From Octopus sinensis (taxonomy: Eukaryota), in assembly GCF_006345805.1 (NCBI RefSeq), contig NC_043010.1:45384001-45448000 (forward strand): a stretch of DNA of 64,000 nt. The letters run 5' to 3'. Shown one piece after another: positions 1-10,654 of the stretch; positions within the stretch are counted from its first letter, which is position 1; every line of letters begins with the position of its first letter. The notes beneath the pieces were generated by a model. The model was not told the DNA's origin. It ran no database searches and saw only the letters and a list, made by a program, of their open reading frames with translations. Both the position numbers and the translations under genes were made by a program.

Positions 1-814
1 ATTATATGGATCTTTCCTCCAGACAATTAAAGATGGCTAAAATTCATATGCCAGTGTTTTCATTGAATAGATCAACCTGTCACTGCACATTTTCTCTATA
101 ACCTTGTGAAGACATTAAAGACTGGTGGTCAGGTTCACAGGTGTCAAAAAAAAAAAAAACAATGAGCAGGCTCTCGATTGAGTAGCAACTCTGTCATGCC
201 TTTTTCGGCCATGGAGATGAAGGGCTCTTCCAGTGTGACGACTGCTGATTCATCTTTGAACCTTGTTCTGTGTCTCTGTAGCAGACTTCCCAAGTTTAAC
301 ACAAAATTTTACATTGGCCCTTTGTTCCAATTTCCTGTTCATTTCAAAAATCGCAGATTACATCATACACGTGATCACAAAAACACAAATTTCACAACTT
401 TCAAAGTAAACAGCATGAGGCAGTGTGTCACTTGGCACACTGCCTCATGAAGGTCACTGCTAGCTCTCACTGCACAGGCAACCATGTGCTGCCATCTGTT
501 GGTGCACTACAGAACTAATCTGGAAACTTTTTGATATCACCTTGTAGTGTCAAGCTACTTCAGTCTGTGTTAAAAATATGTCTCTGAAATACTTTTTTTT
601 CTTATCAATATATACCATATCACTCATGAATGGTGTACAGTCCTGTATTCCACATAATTTCACAGACGTTCGATCGGTGGACCTGATCACCAGTCTTCAA
701 TGTCCTCACAAGCTTATAGAGAAAATGTGCAGTGACAGGTTGATCTGTTCAATGAAAACACTGGCATATGAATTTTAGCCATCTTTAATTGTCTGGAGGA
801 AAGATCCATATAAT
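1..814. repeat. Inverted repeat pair, arms about 1-134 and 681-814
   Basis: 714-814 is the reverse complement of 1-101 with 1 mismatch, and similarity continues to about 134/681 with a few substitutions. The left arm is cut by the window edge. Confidence 0.9.
135..546 (-). mobile_element. Internally deleted mariner transposon (5' TIR, N-terminus and a middle fragment)
   Basis: The minus strand begins with a TIR-like tacaaggtgatatcaaaaagtttccagatt. It then reads MNRKLEQRANVKFCVKLGKSATET (ATG at 342) and, after a deletion, WKSPSSPWPKKA*QSCYSIESLLIVFF..DTC. Both are typical mariner transposase segments. Confidence 0.8.
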
Positions 815-1211
815 AACTTGTTTGATATATGATTGGCATAAGAGATTTTAAAAGCCTTGTGCAGAAGTCAGGTGTATAAGCTTGCTGTTGGGTTATCACA
901 AAAGACCAACATTCAGAGCTGTAGAGCAGAGCAGATTCTGCTTGGCCACTTGTATCTTAATTTAACTAGTAGGTAGTTCAGTTGTTTGTACAGATGATTG
1001 CTCATCATCAAAACTGATAGATGTATCATATAATAGTTTTACTTTAGTAAAATTGTGTTTGCTAGGCAGATAGCTTTTTCTTGGATGTAAATGAGAGAGA
1101 GTGTGTGTGTGTGTGTGCAAGAGAACTGTATTTTATTAGGGTTTTGTATAGGTTTTTACATACAAGTACAAATTTTAGTTCCCTTCAGGCAAGTCTAGTC
1201 TAGTACAGACT

Positions 1212-1439
1212 TTAACCCTTTAGCAATCAAACCGGCCGTATCAGGCCAAAATATTTAGCTTGTTTTCTGTTGAAACGGACCATATCTGGTTCTTCACCTC
1301 AACCTTACAATATCATTCTAAAACTAAACAATCACATCATCGAAATCTCTCAACTACAAGATAATGCATCATTAATTCAAAACAATATAACGATACAAAC
1401 ATTATATTTGACAGAATAATCTGAATACTAAAGGGTTAA
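1212..1439. mobile_element. piggyBac-type MITE, family 1
   Basis: Termini are TTAA-CCCTTTAG ... CTAAAGGG-TTAA. Related copies lie at 19717-19932 and 25323-25542. Confidence 0.8.
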
Positions 1440-1804
1440 TCATAACTTGAGCCGTTTCGTTTCCTTTATGCTTTATACCCGTCACTTTGGAGGCAGTCAT
1501 TAGGCTGCTAATAACACAAAGACCTCCTTTGGCTAACAATCTCTTAAAAAGACTTACAAACTACTCAGTTGAAGTACCTTAAGGCCCTGAAGAGAAACAC
1601 AGCATGTGATGGTACCTGATCATTATGGGACTTTCTAAAAATAGCTTCAGTGAGTTTTAAATGACAAGTCATTTTGAAGATTAGATATCTAATCATTTTT
1701 TGACTCATTTAATAAGTATCTCATATTACGATATTTCTCTCAGGACTGGAGCCCTTCACCAACAAATCTAGGAATATAATATCTCTCTCTCCCCGCCTAT
1801 ATAT

Positions 1805-1857
<53 letters not shown>

Positions 1858-1867
1858 TATATATAAA

Positions 1868-2147
1868 TACAAAGTGAGATAGGGGTTATGAGTGTAACCT
1901 ACTATGGGATATCAGTTATCCAATATACTGCTGGTGAAGCACCCAAATGCCAAATACATAAATGCTTATAATTGCAATGCAATTAATTCATTTATTGTAT
2001 TAGATGGGCGAAGGTAAAATATTTTACCTCAAATTCATAATACAAATAAGAAAATGGAGGAACAAATTCATAAATAATATGAATTGGTAATATCTGTAAG
2101 TTGATGATTGAAATGAATTTGTTCCTCCATTTTCTTATTTGTATTAT
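1868..2147 (+). repeat. (TA)n-embedded hairpin-bearing repeat, copy 1
   Basis: An ~160 bp segment is homologous to the reverse complement of 32845-33000. It is followed by a perfect 35 bp inverted repeat (2037-2071 / 2113-2147), with (TA)n on both flanks. Confidence 0.8.
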
Positions 2148-4054
2148 ATATATATATATATATATCCCTACTATATCCAAGAGAAAGTAAGTTGATTAAC
2201 AAGCAACATATTGTTAAAACTCTTCAGTATAATATTTATATTAACATATTTTGTGATGATTTTTGTTTAATTACATATGGATGATGATTTAATTGTTCAC
2301 ATAGCAAAATATATTGAATAGTGTTGATACTACTACATTTTCCCCAACCTCTATTCAGCCACTCATAGAAAATTTAAGTCTAGCATTAAAGGCTAATAAA
2401 ACAATTGCCTCCTTCCTTTGCCTACAGTGGATAGCTGTACATCCTTATTTTTCTGATTTACAGTGAAGTGAACCAAGTTAATAATTGTTTGTTTTGTTGG
2501 TGTTTTTTTTTTCTCCTTCAGGATGTAGCTCAACAGTGGTGATAAGATACTATGTATCTCACTTTATTCCACTCTTCTGACTCAGCTACAACTCCCTCCC
2601 ACTGGAAATATTTGTTATTTCAGGTAGTGTCCCTGTAATGCAAAATCTAGGTAGAGAAGGTGAATGAGATCAATGAAAGTAGTGCATAAAAATGTTGTAG
2701 GTTGACAACATTTTTGCACTCTGAGAATATCTCTCGTAATGGCTACAACATATTTCAACTGTATATCCTGTTGTCAGTAAAGTAAACTTATATGTGGGAT
2801 GGTGACATAAAGTAAATAAGATCGAAAATTTGCAAGTGATTTTGTTGTCAAAAATGTTTTCCTTGTTGCTCTGAACTGGAACAACAGCAACAACAATTTT
2901 TACTATTAAAATTACTGGAATGTTTCAGTCAGTTGTTTCCTATGCGCAAGGGTAGAAGCTAGCAAATGATAAAGCAAATATTGGTATGTACAAATTTAGG
3001 AAGCTATTTTATCTAACACAGTTAACTCAATATAATCAAACAACCACTTCTGTTGAAATGATTTTTTTCAATTCTTGTTAACTTTTATATGTCAGTAACT
3101 TAAGACTTAACTTATAAAGTATCATTTGCTTATCTTTTGTATGCACTAGTCACTCAACATTTAAAATAAACTGCATATACAGGTATTTACTTCAGATGAC
3201 CACTGTTCAGATGAATATTCTTTAACTGGTTCAAATGATGTAGTGAACTCAAACACATGGAAAAATGCCTAGAAGTTTTGAATTTAATCCTTCTGTGTTC
3301 AGTATTTTAAGCTCAGAACCTCTCTGCCTTCATTGAAGGACGAATAGATAAGGAGAATATAAATCTAAACTTGCTAATGAGGTTTTAACTTTTTGAAAGA
3401 CTCATCACTGATCAATGTGATGTGTTTTATATCTTAATTCTTGACTGAATTAGAATTTTTTGAAAAAAGAATATCAAGCCCATCTGAAGATTGTTCACCC
3501 ATCAAAATTTTCTCATTTGAACCTCAAATGTTAGTTTTTATTTAAAATTTATAAATGTAGTTTTTCATTTTTATTTGATATTAATTTTTCTTCTTTGAAA
3601 TTCATTTCAGATTCCCGTTTCTGACCATATGGGTGTATATCGAACAAATGCTGATATTTCATACCCTGTTAGAGTCTTTCCTTGAAGAGTATCCACTGCC
3701 TGTTCTAACAACAGAATACCAGTTAGCCATACTTCTCAACTATGGTATAGTCCTTTGATATGGTTGCTAGCCTGTTAAGAAGTAATTTCTGATATATCTA
3801 AGCCATATCTTGACTTCAGCTGCTATCTGTTCTCTGTACACACCTACTGCTCCATTCTTGGCACCTATTCCATATATTACTCAACTCATGCCTTTACTTA
3901 CTGTACTCACAAAGTGGAAAGTTACTCTACTAATATACTCAGAGTAAAACTTTAGACGCATTTTCATGCTTTCAAGTCCTGTGTGATTTATCAAATACAT
4001 ACGTTCTTAGATATTCCATCCTTTTTCTTCACACTCTCTGAGTACAGATTGGAA

Positions 4055-7000
4055 ATGTCTAGTTTATTTTCTGTTGAAGACAAAAAACAGAGAATTATGA
4101 GAAACATCGATATAGAGCCAAGTTGTAGCCGGCCACAAGGTACATCGAGTAGAATTAATGATCCTGGAAATTATCAGTTGTCACAGTTAAGGCTCTCAGA
4201 ACTGCCAGTTACTCTGGAGACCAATGAAGAACCTGCTCCACATCATTCCGCCCCCTCAACAGTGCCCCTTCATCGTGGTCAGACAGCATCATATTTACAC
4301 TGTTACCCCCCACCAAAATCAGACTTTTTATCAACCCTTTCAACTGACATGGTCCGTCATAGTTCCAGCAACAGAGACAGTCATCGTAAAGATATTGGTC
4401 AGTCAAAAAGTTCCTATAGTATATACGAGAACAGTGATTCTTCAAAAGAATGGAAAAGGAAACCAGTGTCACCGCCATCAACATCTCACGTAGACCCATG
4501 TAGTATACCTATACCAACTAGTATGGGAACTAATAAAAATAGCCATCATCATGGAGATTTTAACAGTGACTCTTTAACACCATTGGAGGTTAGGAAAAAA
4601 ATGCCTGATGGAAGTGGCCCTAGTGATATATGTCATCGTCAGTGTATTTCTGATATTCCCTTTAAGAAAAGACTAGCCAATCGATCTGTGGATATTGGGA
4701 TTGTTCAAAATCCTGTTGATGTTGCACTCATTGAGCAAGGACTTGAGAATCAAATAAATATTGGAATTGTTGAGAACCCTGTTAATATTGGAATATTAAA
4801 AAACCCTAACAGTATTGAAAATCTTGATAATTATATGGAGCCCCTCAACAAAGTCTGTGTGGAGAACGATCGGTCAAAACCAGTTTGTTGTAATGAATTG
4901 GTTTCCAAATGGCTCAAGAGCCATCCAGCTAGAATTAACAATAGCAGTAGTGTGAAATATTCTCGGGATATACCAACCACACTGCCAAATAAAATGGCAG
5001 GGAGTTTGGAAAACCAAAAAGTCCATATGAAGCATATTAGTATTCCTCAGAATTGTCATTCTTCTCTAAACAAATATGATAAGCCTGGCTGTAGTGGATT
5101 TTTGGAAAGGGAAGATCATCAAATGGGTATGAAAGATCAAGCAGGAAACAGTAATGATTTCAGGAAAGCAACACGCCCAGAAGCTGCTAGTGTGTGTTCA
5201 ACTTCAAAGTCAGACTGTGTTGACAGTTTAAGGATGCGTGAAATGGATGTCAGCCATAGTCACAACACAGCATCATTTCCAAATGGGTTTGAACATAGAC
5301 TTAATAAATATAATAGTAGCAGCAGCAATAGCACATATAACCTTAAAATATGCCACAGCAATAACAGCAGCAGCAGTAACACTTCAGAAAATAATTATAA
5401 CTTTTCGCGGGTTGACATGTACCCTATAAATATCATCAAATTAGATGATTTTAAGGGTGTCTCAGATTTTCTTCGAACTCTCAATGAAGAACCTAATAAG
5501 AAAAAGAAGATTGGTAATATAGGTAATGCCATTCCAATAGAGAGTTCTAGTAATAATAATTGTAATGGTTGTGGTGCCAGTAGTAGTAGCAGCAGTAGCA
5601 ATAACAGCAGCAGTGTGGGTCCTAGCACTAGTGATGCTACACCAAATTCAAATACTGGTGCTCTTGTTGCTCCAGGTCCAAGTAGTCGATTTGCCAATGT
5701 CCTTAACTTGAGTTTTAATGAAAACTTGGACAGCTTCTCCAAAACGGGTAATAGTGAGTGTGCTGCAAGTAGTGGTGTTGGTAACGGCAGCAGCAGTAGT
5801 GATAGTAACCTAACTGCATCGGAACGCAGTGTAGATTGTGTGGTCAATCTCAGCCAAAATATCACTGACAACTGCAATAATGGAGCAAAAACTGTGATGT
5901 CTATAGATCGACCAAGCGGCAGTGGAACTAGCTCTGGCAGTATAATTAGCTCCACATCAAATGTCCATCCTTCTAGTAGCAGCAGTAGTAGCAGCCACAA
6001 AGCTGTTATTGTTAACGTGCCCAATCTGAGTGCAGACAGTGGGATGAGGCCTACAGTCGAGAGCAATCAAAAAGGACATGGAGAGCAGCTGCCAAATCCA
6101 GGAGAAAAGGACCTTGAAATGGAATTCTATGAATCTGTCCTTGAACTTGAGAATGAATACAGTGCAACTAACGTGTTAGAAAACAATGTTGCTGTGACTT
6201 CAACACCTTCATTGTCAAATGGAACCAGTGTTGATTCTTCCACAACAACAGTCAGTGTTGATACTGTAAACAATGTCAGTGCTTCGTCCACTCCTGAAGG
6301 GACAAACTCCGATATTAAATGCAGATTGTGTCGCAAAACATTTAAATATGAGAGCAACCTTCAATCACATATGAGTGCACACAAACGACGTAAATGCTTC
6401 AAGTGTGAACAGTGTACAAAAACTTTTACATTTTTGTCTGACTATTACCAACATACACTATTACATCATAGTGGCTTAACTCTTTACACTTGTGACTATT
6501 GTCAGGAACAATTCCTTAGTACCTCAGAGCTTGAATCGCATCGTGTTACACACGATGGAAAAAGACCCTACCAATGTCGTTACTGTGAGAAAAATTACAT
6601 TCGCAAAGGGGACTTGAAAAAACATCTAAGAGTACATTCAGGAGAGCGACCATATCAATGTGAACTGTGTGGTAAGTCTTTCAGTGCCGGTTCTGGCCAG
6701 TTGGCAAAACATCTCCGCATACATCTTGATGAGAAGCCATTCTCTTGTAACTATTGCAACAAAACTTTCACAGATAAGGCCAATGCCGACAAACACATGA
6801 TGTTTCATGTAGGAGAAAAGTTGTTTAAGTGCACACTGTGTAGCAAGGCCTTCATGCAGAAATGTGATTTGTCACGTCATATTCGTACGCACACTGGGGA
6901 AAAGCCACACACTTGTGAATACTGTGGCAAGGCATTCAGTGATCAATCAGCATTCTCAAAACATCGGCGTATTCATACAGGAGAAGGGATGCTCAAATGC

Positions 7001-7330
7001 ACACATTGTGACAAGACATTTAATAACCCCTACAACCGAACTAGGCACATGCGGCTTCATACACGGGAAAGAGCTTTTCCATGCGACTTGTGCGACAAAA
7101 TTTTCACATGCAACTACAGCGTTAAAATGCACCGTCGCATCCACACAGGTGAGAAGCCTCACAAGTGCGACTATTGCTTCAAAACTTTTATCAGCAGCAG
7201 CAACCTTAATAAACATTTAAAGACACATCACCCTGTCAAAGCAGTGAAGTACGAGTGCTGTGGTACCATGTATGCAGACCCAGCTGCTCTCGATGAACAT
7301 TTCAAGTCACATGGTGCAAAGCAGTCTTGA
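4055..7330 (+). CDS. C2H2 zinc-finger protein, about 1091 aa: low-complexity Ser/Asn-rich N-terminus plus 12 C-terminal fingers (about 6317-7311)
   Basis: The frame is open from 3983 to 7330, with the first ATG at 4055 just after an acceptor-like ...ctctgagtacag (4047). It contains repeated CxxC-x12-HxxxH units with TGEKP-like linkers (SGERP, TGEKP) and basic NLS-like motifs PFKKR and NKKKK. An upstream coding exon cannot be excluded. Confidence 0.95.
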   Translation: MSSLFSVEDKKQRIMRNIDIEPSCSRPQGTSSRINDPGNYQLSQLRLSELPVTLETNEEPAPHHSAPSTVPLHRGQTASYLHCYPPPKSDFLSTLSTDMVRHSSSNRDSHRKDIGQSKSSYSIYENSDSSKEWKRKPVSPPSTSHVDPCSIPIPTSMGTNKNSHHHGDFNSDSLTPLEVRKKMPDGSGPSDICHRQCISDIPFKKRLANRSVDIGIVQNPVDVALIEQGLENQINIGIVENPVNIGILKNPNSIENLDNYMEPLNKVCVENDRSKPVCCNELVSKWLKSHPARINNSSSVKYSRDIPTTLPNKMAGSLENQKVHMKHISIPQNCHSSLNKYDKPGCSGFLEREDHQMGMKDQAGNSNDFRKATRPEAASVCSTSKSDCVDSLRMREMDVSHSHNTASFPNGFEHRLNKYNSSSSNSTYNLKICHSNNSSSSNTSENNYNFSRVDMYPINIIKLDDFKGVSDFLRTLNEEPNKKKKIGNIGNAIPIESSSNNNCNGCGASSSSSSSNNSSSVGPSTSDATPNSNTGALVAPGPSSRFANVLNLSFNENLDSFSKTGNSECAASSGVGNGSSSSDSNLTASERSVDCVVNLSQNITDNCNNGAKTVMSIDRPSGSGTSSGSIISSTSNVHPSSSSSSSSHKAVIVNVPNLSADSGMRPTVESNQKGHGEQLPNPGEKDLEMEFYESVLELENEYSATNVLENNVAVTSTPSLSNGTSVDSSTTTVSVDTVNNVSASSTPEGTNSDIKCRLCRKTFKYESNLQSHMSAHKRRKCFKCEQCTKTFTFLSDYYQHTLLHHSGLTLYTCDYCQEQFLSTSELESHRVTHDGKRPYQCRYCEKNYIRKGDLKKHLRVHSGERPYQCELCGKSFSAGSGQLAKHLRIHLDEKPFSCNYCNKTFTDKANADKHMMFHVGEKLFKCTLCSKAFMQKCDLSRHIRTHTGEKPHTCEYCGKAFSDQSAFSKHRRIHTGEGMLKCTHCDKTFNNPYNRTRHMRLHTRERAFPCDLCDKIFTCNYSVKMHRRIHTGEKPHKCDYCFKTFISSSNLNKHLKTHHPVKAVKYECCGTMYADPAALDEHFKSHGAKQS

Positions 7331-7870
7331 TTTAGGATTTTTCAGATTTAAGAGTAAATTTAATTTTTAGAATTATATGATTCAATTTCCAACGGTATAC
7401 CTGCATTTGGTAGTAAAAGAAAAATTTAATTTCAGGATGGGGGCAAGTTTATCCTTTATAATTTTTTTGCTTAAATTCCTCCTTCACAGTTTCTCACCTG
7501 TCTATTCTTAAGAAAGAAAGAAAGAAAACATCAGCTCCAATAACAACAGAAATGAGGATATTCAGAATTTTTTTTGTTTTTTTTTTGTTATTTTAGCACC
7601 TGGCAGATATTTCTTACAGGTGCTTTTTGAGTTTTTTATTTTCAAAAGCATTCAAAAATTTTAATTAAAAAAATCACTTTTACTACCCCTTCTCAGTATA
7701 TTGAAAATACAAAAAAAAAAATATCTGTCTGTATGTATGCATGTCGATGTTTGTGTCTGTTATGTGAACGACATATTGGAAAAGTCTACAGGTTATCGAG
7801 TAAGGGATGCTTGATATAAGAAAATTCTTTTCAGTTTATATATATATATATACATAAGTATATATATGTA

Positions 7871-8062
7871 TCATCATCATCGTTTAACGTCCGTTTTCCA
7901 TGCTAGCATGGGCTGGACGGTTCAACTGGGGTCTGGGTAGCCAGGAGGCTGTACCAGGCACCAGTCTGATCTGGCAGTGTTTCTACAGCTGCATGCCCTT
8001 CCTAATGCCAACCACTCCATGAGTGTAGCGGGTGCTTTTTACCTGCCACCGGCACAGGTGCC
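7871..8062 (-). mobile_element. RTE-tailed SINE / RTE LINE 3' end
   Basis: Reverse complement of the recurrent tail ...ccaacccatgctagcatggaaaacggacgttaaacgatgatgat. Confidence 0.85.
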
Positions 8063-8099
8063 GGGGGAAGCTGGCAGCGAAAGTATATTGCGCCCCCAT

Positions 8100-8809
8100 A
8101 AATATATATGTGTGTGTGTGTGTGTGGTGTGTATATATATATATATTTATATGTGTGTGTGTGTGTGTATATATATATATTTATATATGTGTGTGTGTGT
8201 ATATATATTTATAAATGTGTATATGTATATATATATGTGTGTATATGTATCCATATGTATATATTTGTATGTATATATATATCTATGCATATATATCTAT
8301 ATGTATATACATCTGTATGTATGTATTTATATATGTCCATATGTGTATATATATATATGTCTATATATTATATATATATATATATAAAATGTCTGTGTGT
8401 ATATATATGTGTGGTGTGTATATATATGTCTATGTGTGTATATATATATATATATGTCTGTGTATATATATATATGTCTGTGTGTATATAAATGTCTGTG
8501 TGTATATATATATATGTATATATGTATTGTATATATATGTGCATATATATATGTATGTCTATATATATATATATCTGTATTTGTATGTTTATATTAATGT
8601 GTATGTATACATGTGTGTATATATATATATATATATGTAGTATATAGATATATGTATATATGTAGTATATAGATATATGTATATATGTAGTATATAGATA
8701 TGTATATATACATATGTATAGATATGTATGTGTATAGGTATGTATATATACATATGTATAGATATGTATGTGTATATATATATATGTATGTATATTATAT
8801 ATAATATAT

Positions 8810-8845
<36 letters not shown>

Positions 8846-8854
8846 GTGTGTGTG

Positions 8855-8889
<35 letters not shown>

Positions 8890-9185
8890 GTGTGTTGTAT
8901 ATATATGTATGTATATATGTGTGTGTGTATATATATGTATGTATATGTGTGTGTGTGTATATATATGTATGTATATGTGTGTGTGTGTATATATATGTAT
9001 GTATATGTGTGTGTGCATATATATGTATGTATATGTGTGTGTGTGTGTATATGTATGTATATATGTGTGTGTGTATATATGTATGTATATATGTGTGTGT
9101 GTATATATATATATATGTATATATATGCATGTGTATAAATGTGTGTATATATATATATGCATGTGTGTGTGTGTATGTATATATC
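8100..9185. repeat. Compound (TA)/(TG)/(TATG) microsatellite, about 1.1 kb
   Basis: Direct inspection. It accounts for all the Y/I/C/V/H/T-rich ORFs here. Confidence 0.97.
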
Positions 9186-10623
9186 TATCACTCTCTCACC
9201 CCATAGTATGTGTTTTTCTACCCTGAACATCCTATCTTAACTACAAAACAAAAATTAAAATAATAAAAAAAAAATGCTAAATGTTTAATTGAAAAGAGAG
9301 AAAAAAAATTTCAAAGAAAGTTAATGGGAATGTTGATATATTGGTTTTGAAAGAATGTATGGATATGTCTTGCTACCTGTACAGTCCACCTTGTTATCAT
9401 GAAAGTGTGGATATCGTCATTATAATAATGTGATTCAACAGATAAAATATTCAGTCGAAAGAAAAGTTTGGAAAATATTCTTCTTTAAACTTCCCATTTC
9501 TCCTATCAATTGAATGTGCACACATACACACACACACACACATGCACACTAATATATATACACAAATTATTGTATATATATATATATATATGTATGCATA
9601 TATATATAATATAGGTCTTAATAATTTCTCTCTAGACTTTGAAGTCTCCTTCAAATTTTCTCATGTATGTACATGTGTATATGTTTATGTATATGAATAT
9701 AAGTGTGTATATGTATATACATATATACACATGTATATATATCTGTGTATATGTATATACATATATACACATGTGTATATATGTGTGTATATATGTATGC
9801 ATATATATCTATGTATGTATGTGTACATATTTATTTATGTATGTCTCTGTGTGTGCATGTGAGCTGTAATTGGTCAGTGAAACATGAACAGCAAACTTAC
9901 CTCTAAAATGTGAAAAGTAGACAAAAATATATTTATTTGATAGTAATGCTGGTTTAGATAAATGCAATAGCTACAGCTACACAGTTGTGAATAAGAGTAC
10001 CCTACCATTTTTTTTGTGTTCTCTGTAGCATCAAACAAACAGTTGATTTGATGTATGTGAAACAGACTGAAAAGAAGCATTCGGATATGATATGCTGACA
10101 TATGGAAAAAAGGTGGCCTAAAAGACTCTGTAAATGTAAATAGACTGAAATTGTATTTAATGCTTTTAGATCTGCAAGGGAGAGAGAGTGAAATTCTCTT
10201 AAATCTGAGTTCTGCTTTGTAGACAATTTAGGCCAGTTTAGAAATTTAAACCTTATTTATTAGGGACTGTTTTAAGCTGGAAAAAAATATCTGAGAGTTT
10301 AGCATTGATACTAAAGGTCTGTTTTTTTCAGTATATGGCAGCAGTTTATTTGAAGAGTTTGAGCTGACTTAAACTCTGTTCAAAGTGGATGATAGCTATT
10401 GGTTGATAATGAATATTTTCATCCATATGCGCAAACATATTTTAGACTTTGCTATGTACAAAATTTTGGTGAAAACTGAACGAATGTTATATGTAGGAAC
10501 CTATTTAAACTAGCTGTGTGTGAAATTGGTTAAACCTTAAATTTAACAAGTGATCATTTCCTTAACTGAATTCTTTAAAACTTTGACACTGTTTGTTTAC
10601 ATGGATTAAACATTTTGCAGTTT

Positions 10624-10654
<31 letters not shown>

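Noticed and set aside
2522-2623. 5' UTR exon of the ZNF gene
   Set aside because: The acceptor is good but the donor (cag|gtagtg) is weak and also resembles an acceptor. It cannot be supported without RNA data.
5395-6066. 223 aa antisense ORF inside the ZNF gene
   Set aside because: It is a shadow of the Ser-rich AGT/AGC codons (poly-Leu product), with no independent coding signal.
7977-9906. Many 60-264 aa ORFs rich in Y/I/C/V/H/T
   Set aside because: They are translations of (TA)/(TG) microsatellite. The same applies at 15.6, 44.3, 46.4, 57.9, 58.7 and 60.7 kb.
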